A stretch of DNA of 64,000 bases, taken from Planctomycetota bacterium (GTDB lineage: Bacteria > Planctomycetota > UBA11346). Position 1 is the stretch's first letter, and every line of letters begins with the position of its first letter. Location: assembly GCA_038231435.1 (NCBI GenBank), contig JBBRLJ010000023.1:1-64000 (forward strand). Reading direction: 5' to 3'. The position numbers and the translations under genes are program-made. Shown here one piece after another: positions 49,987 to 58,970 of the stretch. The notes under the pieces were generated by a model that did no database searches, was not told where the DNA came from, and worked only from the letters and a program-made list of their open reading frames with translations.

Positions 49987-50865
49987 TCACTTGCCGTCGC
50001 GGCGTTCGAGGGCCGCCGACTGCTGATCGGACTCCTGCCCCAGCTTCGCCTTGCCCTTGGCCTTGCCTTTGCCCGCGACCCGGTTCCCGGCGAGCTTCTT
50101 GCCAACGATCTTCGGGTTGGTCTTGATCTTGATGCGGCCTTTACCGTCGGCCGGGATGGTGATCGCGCTCGCTCCTCCGCCATTGGCGCTGGGGATGATC
50201 GCCGAGGATTTCTTCCATTCCTGGGTGCCGGCTACCGAGGTGGCGCCGAGCGTTCCGCCGCGCGTGCCGGTGCCGCGCTTGACCGCGACCTTGGCCTTGC
50301 GGCCCTTGGGCGTGATGTTGTTCCAGCGGTCGATGAGGCCCTTCTTCAAGTCCTGATAGCGCTGGACGCACTCCTGGATGACCTTGTAGGCGACCAGGCG
50401 GTCTTCCCAGCCGTAGGTGTCGGACTTTTTGCCTTCGAGGTCCTTGTAGATGTTGAAGAAGTAGTCGACCTCGGCGAGGTAGTGGCTGGGCAGGTGCTGC
50501 AGGCCGTGGACATCGCGGATGCGCGGATCGTTCACCGGCACGGCGAGGATCTTGTGGTCGAGGCCGGCGTCGTCGCGCATCACCAGCACGCCGAGCGGGC
50601 GGACCTCGATGAGGCAGCCGGGAAAGGTGTCGTGCGCGACGATCACCACCACGTCGAGCGGATCGCCGTCCTCGGAATGCGTCTGCGGGATGAATCCATA
50701 GGCGCCAGGATAATGCACCGGGCTGTAGAGCGTGCGGTCGAGGCGAAAGACGTTCAGCTCCTTGTCGTACTCGTACTTGTTCGACGAGCCCTTGGGGATC
50801 TCGATCACCGCGTTGATGGTGTGGGGAACGTCGCGCCCCGCAGGGAGCTCCATGTAATTGGTCAT
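49987..50865 (-). CDS. ppa: Inorganic pyrophosphatase (family I) with basic C-terminal tail
   Basis: EIPKGSSNKYE, YGFIPQT, DGDPLD, DHKILAVP, YKDLEGK. Confidence 0.93.
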   Translation of the reverse strand: MTNYMELPAGRDVPHTINAVIEIPKGSSNKYEYDKELNVFRLDRTLYSPVHYPGAYGFIPQTHSEDGDPLDVVVIVAHDTFPGCLIEVRPLGVLVMRDDAGLDHKILAVPVNDPRIRDVHGLQHLPSHYLAEVDYFFNIYKDLEGKKSDTYGWEDRLVAYKVIQECVQRYQDLKKGLIDRWNNITPKGRKAKVAVKRGTGTRGGTLGATSVAGTQEWKKSSAIIPSANGGGASAITIPADGKGRIKIKTNPKIVGKKLAGNRVAGKGKAKGKAKLGQESDQQSAALERRDGK

Positions 50866-51107
50866 CGTGACAGCCCTTGTGCGCTTGGACGCGTTCACGC
50901 TAGCCGATGGGGGGCGACCCCGCAATGCTGTGGGGGGCCGACGGTGGACACGCCGGAAACCGCGTTTTTCGCGCATTGGTAGCGCTTCCATGCTGCCACT
51001 TGGAAAACCGGGTCGGTCCTTAGGATGCCGCTCCCGCTCGACCTCCCTCCGACAGACATCCCGAAAACTTCCATACCGACGAGCCACGATCGTCGCCGAG
51101 GACCCAC

Positions 51108-52445
51108 ATGAAGCCAGCCGCCCGCCAGTCCCTCACCCCGTATTTCGACAAGATCCCGCGCATCGCCTACGAGGGGCCGGACAGCGACAATCCCCTGTCG
51201 TACCGCTGGTACAACCCGGACGAGAACGTCGGCGGCAAGAAGATGAAAGACCACCTGCGCATGGCGGTCTGCTACTGGCACACCTTCCGCGGCACCGCGC
51301 TCGACATCTTCGGGCCAGGTACCCTGGTGCGCCCGTGGGAGGACGGCACCAACTCGGTCGACATGGCGGTCAAGCGCACCGAGGTGGTGATGGACTTCAT
51401 CACCCGCCTCGGCCTCGACTTCTACTGCTTCCATGATCGCGACGTCGCTCCTGAGGGCGCCAACGTCGCCGAGACCAACAAGAACCTGTGGACGGTCGCC
51501 AAGCGTCTCAAGGAGCTGCAGAAGGCCACCGGCGTGAAGCTGCTGTGGGGCACCGCCAACATGTTCAGCCATCCGCGCTTCAGCCAGGGCGCGGCAACCT
51601 CGCCCAACGCCGACGTCTTCGCGTACTGCGCGAATTCGGTGAAGGAGATGCTCGACGTCAGCAAGTTCCTCGCCGGCGAGAACTACGTGTTCTGGGGCGG
51701 CCGCGAGGGCTACAACACGCTCTTCAACACCGACATGGGCCGCGAGGCAGACCACGCCGGCAAGTTCTTCCACATGGCAGCGGATTACGCGAAGAAGATC
51801 GGCTTCAAGGGCCAGTTCCTGATCGAGCCCAAGGCCATGGAGCCGACCAAGCACCAGTACGACTTCGATGCCGCCACCTGCCTTGCCTTCCTGCGCAAGT
51901 ACGGCCTCGAGAAGACCATCAAGCTCAACATCGAACAGAACCACGCTCTGCTCGCCGGCAAGGATTTCTGCCACGAGCTCGAGGTCTGCCGCATCAACGG
52001 CGTGCTCGGCTCGGTCGACGCCAATCGCGGCGATGCCATGAACGGCTGGGACACCGACCAGTTCCCGAACGACTACCGGGAATGCGCCCAGGCCATGACC
52101 ATCATCCTCAAGAGCGGCGGCTTCGGCTCCGGTGGCCTGAACTTCGACGCCAAGGTCCGCCGCGACAGCTACGACATCGAGGACATGTTCCACGGCCACA
52201 TCTGCGGCGTCGATGCCTGGGCGCGCGGACTGCGCATGGCCGTCGCCATCCAGAAGGACGGCAAGATGGACAAGTTCGTGAAGACGCGCTACAGCTCGTA
52301 CGACAAGGGCATCGGCAAGGAGATCGAGTCGGGCAAGGCGACGTTGGAAAGCCTGCAGGAATACATCGTCAAGAAGGGCGAGGCTGCGCCGAACGCGAGC
52401 GCGAGGCAGGAGTACCTGGAAAATCTGTTCAATACGTATGGTTGA
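51108..52445 (+). CDS. xylA: Xylose isomerase (class II)
   Basis: [46 protein letters not shown]. Confidence 0.98.
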   Translation: MKPAARQSLTPYFDKIPRIAYEGPDSDNPLSYRWYNPDENVGGKKMKDHLRMAVCYWHTFRGTALDIFGPGTLVRPWEDGTNSVDMAVKRTEVVMDFITRLGLDFYCFHDRDVAPEGANVAETNKNLWTVAKRLKELQKATGVKLLWGTANMFSHPRFSQGAATSPNADVFAYCANSVKEMLDVSKFLAGENYVFWGGREGYNTLFNTDMGREADHAGKFFHMAADYAKKIGFKGQFLIEPKAMEPTKHQYDFDAATCLAFLRKYGLEKTIKLNIEQNHALLAGKDFCHELEVCRINGVLGSVDANRGDAMNGWDTDQFPNDYRECAQAMTIILKSGGFGSGGLNFDAKVRRDSYDIEDMFHGHICGVDAWARGLRMAVAIQKDGKMDKFVKTRYSSYDKGIGKEIESGKATLESLQEYIVKKGEAAPNASARQEYLENLFNTYG

Positions 52446-52466
52446 GTGAATTGGTGTGAAGAGTGA

Positions 52467-52503
52467 GGAGCCCATGGCCGTTTGGCCATGGGCTTCGTCG
52501 TTT
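52467..52503 (+). terminator. Probable terminator of xylA
   Basis: GAGCCCATGGCC-GTTT-GGCCATGGGCTT followed by an imperfect T tract. Confidence 0.65.
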
Positions 52504-52524
52504 GGTGGTGTCTGTATTTCCCAG

Positions 52525-52637
52525 CCTTCTAGCTCTCGCGCCATCTGGCCTTCGTGCCTTCTCCGCAGTCTGCTTTATGTCGATCGAGAAACGGCAAGGG
52601 GAGGGCTGGAGGGCACGAGGGTGCGAGGGCTGGAAGG
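52525..52637 (+). repeat. Fold-back with octamer-periodic arms (GAGGGCTG type)
   Basis: 52525-52542 pairs fully with 52620-52637 using three G-U pairs; imperfect pairing extends to ~40 bp. Confidence 0.75.
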
Positions 52638-52687
52638 ACAGCGGACGGCACGTGTTGTTGTGGCGTTCTCCCCTGTCGCGCGATTTT

Positions 52688-52771
52688 CGCGATCGGCATC
52701 GGCGTCAAGGCCAGGCCGCGGAGGAACCGCGGTGGCCGGGGCGGCCAGCCTTGACTCCGATGCCGATCGCG
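52688..52771. repeat. 24-bp inverted repeat just upstream of the four-helix-bundle RBS
   Basis: CGCGATCGGCATCGGCGTCAAGGC / GCCTTGACTCCGATGCCGATCGCG, one mismatch. Confidence 0.85.
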
Positions 52772-52795
52772 GGTCGGGGCGCAAGGAGAACGGAC

Positions 52796-53146
52796 ATGAA
52801 GAGATTCGAGGATTTGAGCGTGTGGCAGAGAGCGATGGGGCTGGCTGGAGCGATTCGGGAGGAGCGGGGGCTGCGTCGGAGCGGCGAGGGTCTGCGTGGT
52901 CAGATCCGCAATGCTGCGGCATCGATCTCCTACAACATTGCTGAAGGACATGGCCGCGCGGGCGATGGGGAATTCCATCGTTTCCTGGGGATCGCGGGCG
53001 GATCCTGCGCTGAGGTGCAGGCGCAGTTGCGCATGGCGTTCCGAGGAGGGTTCATCCTGCGGGAGCGTTTCATCGTGATGCTCGATGAGGCGATCACGAT
53101 CGAGTTCATGATCCGCAATCTGCAGCGGAGGCTGAGGCCGCCGTAG
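52796..53146 (+). CDS. Four helix bundle protein (23S rRNA IVS-protein / Avd-like family)
   Basis: FEDLSVWQRA, QIRNAAASISYNIAEG, FLGIAGGSCAEV; AAGGAG RBS. Confidence 0.92.
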   Translation: MKRFEDLSVWQRAMGLAGAIREERGLRRSGEGLRGQIRNAAASISYNIAEGHGRAGDGEFHRFLGIAGGSCAEVQAQLRMAFRGGFILRERFIVMLDEAITIEFMIRNLQRRLRPP

Positions 53147-53215
53147 TCACCCGGCGGATGAGTTTCCCGCTTTCCGCCTTCTCACGTCCTCGGTGCGCGC
53201 GATGATGGCAGCGGT

Positions 53216-53881
53216 ATGCCACCCCCCGTCCTCTTCATCGATATGTGGCCGGATGTCCTACCGCCCGGCGTCATCCGTGATCGGTTCCATGATGTGCCGG
53301 GGTGCGCCAAGGATGATGGGCTCGAGCTGGTCGTCGCGCATCATTCCGCCGTTTATCCGGCAGAGTGGATCTCGCGACCGCCCGTCGCGATCATGCTGTC
53401 GGGCAGCAAGCTCAATCTGGTTGACGACCCATCCGAGGATCCCGTCGACGGCACTCCGCTGTCGCGGTTCCAGGCGGTGACGAACCTGCTCGCGGCGCTG
53501 CCGAAGGTGCCGACGCTCGGCATCTGCTTCGGCCACCAGTATCTCGCCAAGCAGGCCGGTGGTCGGCTGGCGAAAATGGCGAAGACGCGCGTCGACAACG
53601 ACTTCACCATCGAGCAGGGAGAGCCGCACGCGCTGATGGCCGGTCTGCCGGAACGGCCGAGCTTCGTCGAGAGCCATGGCTGGCGCGTGGTCGAGCCCGG
53701 ATTCGGATACCGTGTGGTGGCCACGTCGATGGACGGCATCGAGATGGTGCAGCACGCGGATCTGCCGCGGGTCGGCGTTCAGTTCCATCCGGAATACTAC
53801 CGGCGCCAGGACCCCACGCGCCAGCACGGACGCGCATTCCTGAGCAACTGGTTCCGCTCCCTAGGCGACCGCCGCGCATGA
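53216..53881 (+). CDS. Class I glutamine amidotransferase-like protein
   Basis: LSGS, LGICFGHQ, SH, GVQFHPE (Cys-His-Glu triad). Confidence 0.88.
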   Translation: MPPPVLFIDMWPDVLPPGVIRDRFHDVPGCAKDDGLELVVAHHSAVYPAEWISRPPVAIMLSGSKLNLVDDPSEDPVDGTPLSRFQAVTNLLAALPKVPTLGICFGHQYLAKQAGGRLAKMAKTRVDNDFTIEQGEPHALMAGLPERPSFVESHGWRVVEPGFGYRVVATSMDGIEMVQHADLPRVGVQFHPEYYRRQDPTRQHGRAFLSNWFRSLGDRRA

Positions 53882-54447
53882 GCCTGTTCACGCCCATCGT
53901 CTCCGCGCGTCGTGAGATCGCCAAGAACCGCTTTCTCACCTACGCTGAGGAGGACCTCACCGACCGGCTGGGCCATCCCTACACCTACTACCAAGTCGAG
54001 GCGAAGTGGGACGCGGTGGTGATCGTGCCGGTGCTCGATGATGGACGGCTGGTGCTCGAGCGTATCTACCGCCACCCTTACCGCGGATTCATGCTCGAAT
54101 GCCCGGCGGGCGGCATCGAGACCGGCGAGGATCCGCTCGCCGCCGCGAAGCGCGAGCTGGCCGAGGAGACGGGATACCAGGCCGGTCGCGTCGCCAGCCT
54201 GGGAACTTACGAGGCGATGCCCGGCCTCCTGCGCATGCGCATGCATATCGTGCTCGCGTTGGATCTGGTCGCGTCGGACGTGCGCAAGCTCGAGGCGATG
54301 GAGATCATGGAGATCGAGCTGATGACTGTCGAGCAGGCCTGGAAGGAGGCCGAGCGTCAGCCGGCCAGCTCGTTCCTGACCATGGGCTTGCTGTATTACG
54401 GCAGGTGGATGGCGGGTAGGGGGATCGAGCGACCCGGAGCCGAGTAG
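53878..54447 (+). CDS. NUDIX hydrolase (ADP-ribose pyrophosphatase-like)
   Basis: Nudix box GGIETGEDPLAAAKRELAEETG; ATGA overlap with the GATase gene. Confidence 0.9.
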   Translation: MSLFTPIVSARREIAKNRFLTYAEEDLTDRLGHPYTYYQVEAKWDAVVIVPVLDDGRLVLERIYRHPYRGFMLECPAGGIETGEDPLAAAKRELAEETGYQAGRVASLGTYEAMPGLLRMRMHIVLALDLVASDVRKLEAMEIMEIELMTVEQAWKEAERQPASSFLTMGLLYYGRWMAGRGIERPGAE

Positions 54448-54509
54448 GAGTCCGCACGTTACGGTTGGGCACAGGAGGGTGCGCCTGGCGGCAGTGGATC
54501 CGGCTACGG

Positions 54510-54911
54510 CTACGGCAGCGGCAGGAACGGCGTCTGGTCGAAGCGGTCGTCGAGATCCTCGTAGACGGCGGTGATGTCGTCGATCGGGATGTAGACGCGG
54601 TAGCGGTGGGCCTCGGCGCCGAACTGCTCGATGGCGTCGGCAAGCAGGATGTCCCGTTTGCCTTCGTTGAACTTGTTGTCGGGATTGTAACTCTTCCAGA
54701 TCTTGCGACTCATCTCCGGAGACCAGTGCAGGCAGCGCACCTCGCCGACCACCACTTCCTTGCGCACCTCGGTGATCTTGAGCAGGAAGCGCTCGCCGCG
54801 CCGGACGATGACGGTGGCGACGCGCTGCTCGTTGACGAAGGCCTCGAGGACCTTGCTGATCGATCCCGGGTTGTCCGTCCCGGGTACGATGATCTTCTTG
54901 TCTCCACTCAT
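54510..54911 (-). CDS. Hypothetical protein (133 aa)
   Basis: MSGDKKII...; start overlaps the upstream stop (ATGA); coding-like composition. Confidence 0.75.
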   Translation of the reverse strand: MSGDKKIIVPGTDNPGSISKVLEAFVNEQRVATVIVRRGERFLLKITEVRKEVVVGEVRCLHWSPEMSRKIWKSYNPDNKFNEGKRDILLADAIEQFGAEAHRYRVYIPIDDITAVYEDLDDRFDQTPFLPLP

Positions 54912-56092
54912 ACGAGGCGATCGCCGAGCTTGGCGGCCAGCTTGGTGCGCCACGCGGCGGCATGATCGGCCTGGGTCGGCGCCAGGCTCTCGACCAGCTT
55001 GCCGATGTTGCGGTTGTGGTCGAGGCGCTCCTGGTTGACCGCGACGATGGTCTCCGAGGTGATCAGCTCCTCGCCGACCACGCACAGGCCCGGGGTCAGC
55101 GCCACCGTCGAGCCGCTGCGCACGATGTAGATCGCGACGCGGTCTTGGGTCGCGCAGGTCGATTCGATGTCCTTGGGGCCGCTCTCGAAGCGGATGCCGT
55201 GATCGGGTGCGTCGAGGATCAGACCGTAGATCTCCTCGTATTGCGGGTCGATGAGCACGCTCACGCCGCGCAGCATCTCGAGCTTCGGGTCCTTGCCGTG
55301 GTCGGCCCAGCGGCGCGAGCCGCCGAGGGCCTTGGTGCGGTTCGCCATCGGCTGGCTCATCAGCACGCAGTGACCGAGATAGTCGTCGAGCCCGAGGCTG
55401 CCGAGGATGCGCACGTCGGTGTTGGCCTTGATCAGGTGCGCGGTCAGCTCCTTCCAATTGTGGATCTTGCCGGTGTCGAGCGCGTCGAGCAGGGTGGCGT
55501 GGAAGGCGTCGTAGCAGGTCAGGGACAGGTCGCGCTTGTGCTTGCGCAGGTAGGACGGGGTCACCTCGTGCTCGGTGCCCATCAGCAGGGCGCGCACCGG
55601 CGCGACGTTCTTGGCGTTGGCGGGGACGAAGTCGAACTCGATGTGGTTGAACACCATCCGGCTCGGCTTGCCGGGACGGGTGAGATCGAGCTGCAAGTGC
55701 AGGCTCAGCGCGGCTTCACGGATCTCGGGGTCGGTGTCGTGGCGCAGCGCGTCGAGCATCATCTCGACGCCGCTCTTGCCGGTGTAATCGAGCTGCACGT
55801 TCCCCTGCTCGTCGTGATAGCGGCGCATGCGTGCGAGCGCGTTCTCAACGTCGCCCAGGTCGTGGCCGAATCTATCGGCGGCGCGCAGCGTCGCGTCCAT
55901 CTCGAAGCCGCTGTTCTGCCAGAGCGCGATCAGGCCCTCTTCAAGCTTGACGCGGCGCTTGTCCTCCTTGATCAGCCGACGGATCGCCGTGACCACCTCG
56001 GGCTTGATCCAGCCGATGGTCACGAGCTTCTTCAGGACATCATCGAGGCTGCCGCCTTTGGGGGGCACTGCTACCAAGACGGGTTCGGGCAT
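54908..56092 (-). CDS. Divergent ATP phosphoribosyltransferase (HisG)-like protein
   Basis: VAVPPKGGSL N-terminus, DLSLTCYD, IVRSGSTV...GLCVVGEELITSETIVAVN resemble HisG motifs in order, with large insertions. Confidence 0.5.
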   Translation of the reverse strand: MPEPVLVAVPPKGGSLDDVLKKLVTIGWIKPEVVTAIRRLIKEDKRRVKLEEGLIALWQNSGFEMDATLRAADRFGHDLGDVENALARMRRYHDEQGNVQLDYTGKSGVEMMLDALRHDTDPEIREAALSLHLQLDLTRPGKPSRMVFNHIEFDFVPANAKNVAPVRALLMGTEHEVTPSYLRKHKRDLSLTCYDAFHATLLDALDTGKIHNWKELTAHLIKANTDVRILGSLGLDDYLGHCVLMSQPMANRTKALGGSRRWADHGKDPKLEMLRGVSVLIDPQYEEIYGLILDAPDHGIRFESGPKDIESTCATQDRVAIYIVRSGSTVALTPGLCVVGEELITSETIVAVNQERLDHNRNIGKLVESLAPTQADHAAAWRTKLAAKLGDRLV

Positions 56093-56308
56093 GCGAGGCG
56101 CCTATACGGACGAGTGTAGCGATGCGAGAGCGACAGCTTGGGCCTCAGGGCCAGGTCGCAAGGGACGGCGGAGTACCTGTGATCCGACGGTTGGTCGTTT
56201 GTCGTCGGATAGCCGGGGAGTTCGTCGGACAGGCGGACAGCGGTCGCCGTCAGGGAGGTCGAGCCGTCTGGTATCGACGACGGATCACGCATCAAAAACG
56301 ATCGACGT

Positions 56309-57751
56309 TCACCTCTTCCACGGCCTGTCGGCGTCGATCGGCTCGCCCGCCGCTCGATGCCGCTCGAGCGCTACTTTGAGTGCCAGCAGTTCGGGGCCAT
56401 GATCGGGCGGCACGCGGTTCCCTTCCTTCGCCGAGGCCAGTTCGACGGCCATGCGCGCGTCGAGATCCTTGGCGATCGCGCGTAGCGTCTCCTCGCTGCC
56501 GCCACCGCCGAGCTGATCGATGAAGATGATCAGCGCCAGGCGCTCGGTGACGTCGATGGTGGCGCGCGCGCGCGCGGCGAGCTCGGCATTCCAGCGAGCG
56601 TGATCGTCCGATTCCAGGATCCTGAACGCCCGCGCGGGCCACCATGGCGCTCCGAGGCCGAGCGCGCCATCGAGCACCGGCGCCAGTTCCGTCACGCTGA
56701 AGCGCTCGAGCTGGGCGGCATCGATCGGATGCGCGGGATCATGCAGATCGGCGAGCATCGCGTCGCGCTCCATCATGCGCGGCGCCTCAGCCGCGTGATC
56801 GCGCCACCACAACGTCCAGGCCTGGCCGGCGCCGGCCTTGCCGGTGAGCGCGTGCAGGGATGCGGCGGCGGCGTCGCGCAGTTCGGGCTGCGGCGCTTCG
56901 GCGGCGACGCGGCAGAGCACCTGCCACGCGCGGCTGTCGCCATTCGCGCCCAACGCCTTGATCGCCAGCCAGCTCGTCCACGCCTGGCTCTTCGCGGGCG
57001 CCAGTTCGACCAGCGAGACCAGGGCCGGGCACAGCCGCGGATCCTGCAAGGTGGCGCTGGCGTCGAGCAGGGTGTTGCGCTGTGCGCCACGGGTCGCCGC
57101 GAGCAGGCGCGCGAGTTCGGGCACCGCCTCGGGCCTGCGCGTGACCATGCCGAGGCTGTCGGTCATCGCGCGCTTGGCGAGATCGTCGCCGTCGTCCTCG
57201 AGCTTGGCGAGCGGACCGAGCGCCCGCACGTCGCCGAGCGATCCGAGCGCCTTGGCGGCGGCCGCGCGGATCTCGGCCTCGGCGGCACCCAGGCATTCGA
57301 CCAGGCGTTCGAACACACCGGGCCCCGTGCAACGGCCGAGCCCGAGCACCGCGGCCTCGCGCACGCGCGCCTCGCCATCGCGACTGAGCGAGAGCAGCAG
57401 GGGAGCCGAGTCGGCGCCGCCGATGCCGCCGGCGACCTCGACCACGCGCGAGCGCAGCAGCCAGTCGCGGTCCTTGGCGAGGACGGTCAGATCGGGCAGC
57501 ACCACCACGCCGCGCCGGATCAGGTTCGAGATCGCCGAGCGCTGCGCGCGGCTGTCCGAGCCGGTGAGCGCGGCGATGTCGTCCGACCACGGCTTGTCCC
57601 CGTGCGAGGGTGGCGCGACCCAATCCTTCACCGCGCCGGCGGCCTTGATCACATCCACGCCCTCGGCATGCGGAGCCTGGTCCTCGGCGGCGAGTGGGAT
57701 GAGCGGGCAGCACAGGGCCACGGCGAGGATGGCGGCGGTCGGTCTGATCAT
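56309..57751 (-). CDS. Exported HEAT-repeat protein
   Basis: Signal peptide; repeated VREAAVLGLG / IRAAAAKALG / LRDAAAASL. Confidence 0.82.
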   Translation of the reverse strand: MIRPTAAILAVALCCPLIPLAAEDQAPHAEGVDVIKAAGAVKDWVAPPSHGDKPWSDDIAALTGSDSRAQRSAISNLIRRGVVVLPDLTVLAKDRDWLLRSRVVEVAGGIGGADSAPLLLSLSRDGEARVREAAVLGLGRCTGPGVFERLVECLGAAEAEIRAAAAKALGSLGDVRALGPLAKLEDDGDDLAKRAMTDSLGMVTRRPEAVPELARLLAATRGAQRNTLLDASATLQDPRLCPALVSLVELAPAKSQAWTSWLAIKALGANGDSRAWQVLCRVAAEAPQPELRDAAAASLHALTGKAGAGQAWTLWWRDHAAEAPRMMERDAMLADLHDPAHPIDAAQLERFSVTELAPVLDGALGLGAPWWPARAFRILESDDHARWNAELAARARATIDVTERLALIIFIDQLGGGGSEETLRAIAKDLDARMAVELASAKEGNRVPPDHGPELLALKVALERHRAAGEPIDADRPWKR

Positions 57752-57924
57752 GGCGCGCCATCCTGGGGCGGTGGACGGACGGCGGAAGGGCGATCATTGA
57801 GGCCCCGCGCGCGGGCGTTGCCGCGCGACGACACGGAGCCGTTTCGAGGCCGTTCCTTGAGGATGGCGCCCACGCGCGCTTGAAGCACCCGCGCCGTCAG
57901 GTATCAACCCGCCCCGGGGGCCAC

Positions 57925-58833
57925 ATGAGCGCACAATTCGGCAGCTGGATCGGTTCTGGAGCCGCGGGCACCTGGAAACCCCGCATCGACGCGCGGCTGG
58001 TCGACGACCCGCGCTTCCCGGCGCTGCTGGCGACCGCGGCGGCGGGTGTGTCCTTCGCCGGCGCCTGCGCGCTGGTCACCGGCGCATCGGACGCGAACTC
58101 CATCGGCTACGCCATCGCCCGCAACCTCGCCCAGGGCGGAGCCAAGGTGATCATCACCGGCTCGCGCGACCTCGCGCGCATCGCCGCCACCGCCGAGCAG
58201 CTGGTGCGCGAGGCCGGTGCAGGCTCGGTGCTGCCCGCGCAGGTGAACCAGGGCGATCTCGCGCAGCTGGATCAGCTGCTCGATGTCGTCAAGGCACAGA
58301 ACCTGGCCCTGACCCACGTCTACCCGTTCGCCGCGGTCAACCACCCGGCGCTGTTCGTCGGCATCAAGGCCGAGGACTACCAGCGCGTGTTCTCGGTGAA
58401 CGTGTTCGGCGTCTACCACCTGCTCGCCAAGCACGCGCGCCAGGCGCCGCGCAAGGACCCCTGGTACGCGGTGGTGCCGCTGTCGCCGAACGATGGGCGC
58501 CTGCAGGGATCCGGGCTGTATCCCGCGACCAAGCAGGCGCTCATCCCCATCGTCGTGCAGGGTCAGAACGAGGTCGGCGACCGCCGCAACGGCCATTACA
58601 TCGGCGTGTCGATCGCCTGGACGCGCAGTGCGCTGATGAGCTCGCTGGACTCGGGCGTCGAGCAGGTGAAGGCCGCGGGCCTGAAGGTGTTCGAGACGTC
58701 CGACACCGCGGATGTCTGCACCTTGTGCGGGACACCCGGCGCCCAGGTGCTCAAGGGCACGGTCGTCGACGCGGCCGGCGGCTTCGGCCGCATGGACGCC
58801 AAGGCCATGGCCGCGGCGTTCGCACCGCATTGA
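57925..58833 (+). CDS. SDR-fold ketoreductase resembling the KR domain of fungal/mycobacterial FAS-I
   Basis: VTGAS..SIG, GGAKVIITGSR, NQG, PFAA, VPLSPNDG..GSGLY..TK, IAWTRSALM. Confidence 0.7.
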   Translation: MSAQFGSWIGSGAAGTWKPRIDARLVDDPRFPALLATAAAGVSFAGACALVTGASDANSIGYAIARNLAQGGAKVIITGSRDLARIAATAEQLVREAGAGSVLPAQVNQGDLAQLDQLLDVVKAQNLALTHVYPFAAVNHPALFVGIKAEDYQRVFSVNVFGVYHLLAKHARQAPRKDPWYAVVPLSPNDGRLQGSGLYPATKQALIPIVVQGQNEVGDRRNGHYIGVSIAWTRSALMSSLDSGVEQVKAAGLKVFETSDTADVCTLCGTPGAQVLKGTVVDAAGGFGRMDAKAMAAAFAPH

Positions 58834-58970
58834 ACCGCGTGCCGTCATGGGGCCCGGCATTCCCACCAGGGCCGCCAGGCGTTTGAAACCTCGACACATC
58901 CCGGGGTTTCACGGCGTCGCCAGCGACGCCGCTGCTTGCGCACCAGCCACGGCGACGGTCTGATCCCGGC

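Noticed and set aside
52796..53146. Diversity-generating retroelement (Avd-like gene)
   Set aside because: No reverse transcriptase and no TR/VR pair differing at adenines was seen in the window.
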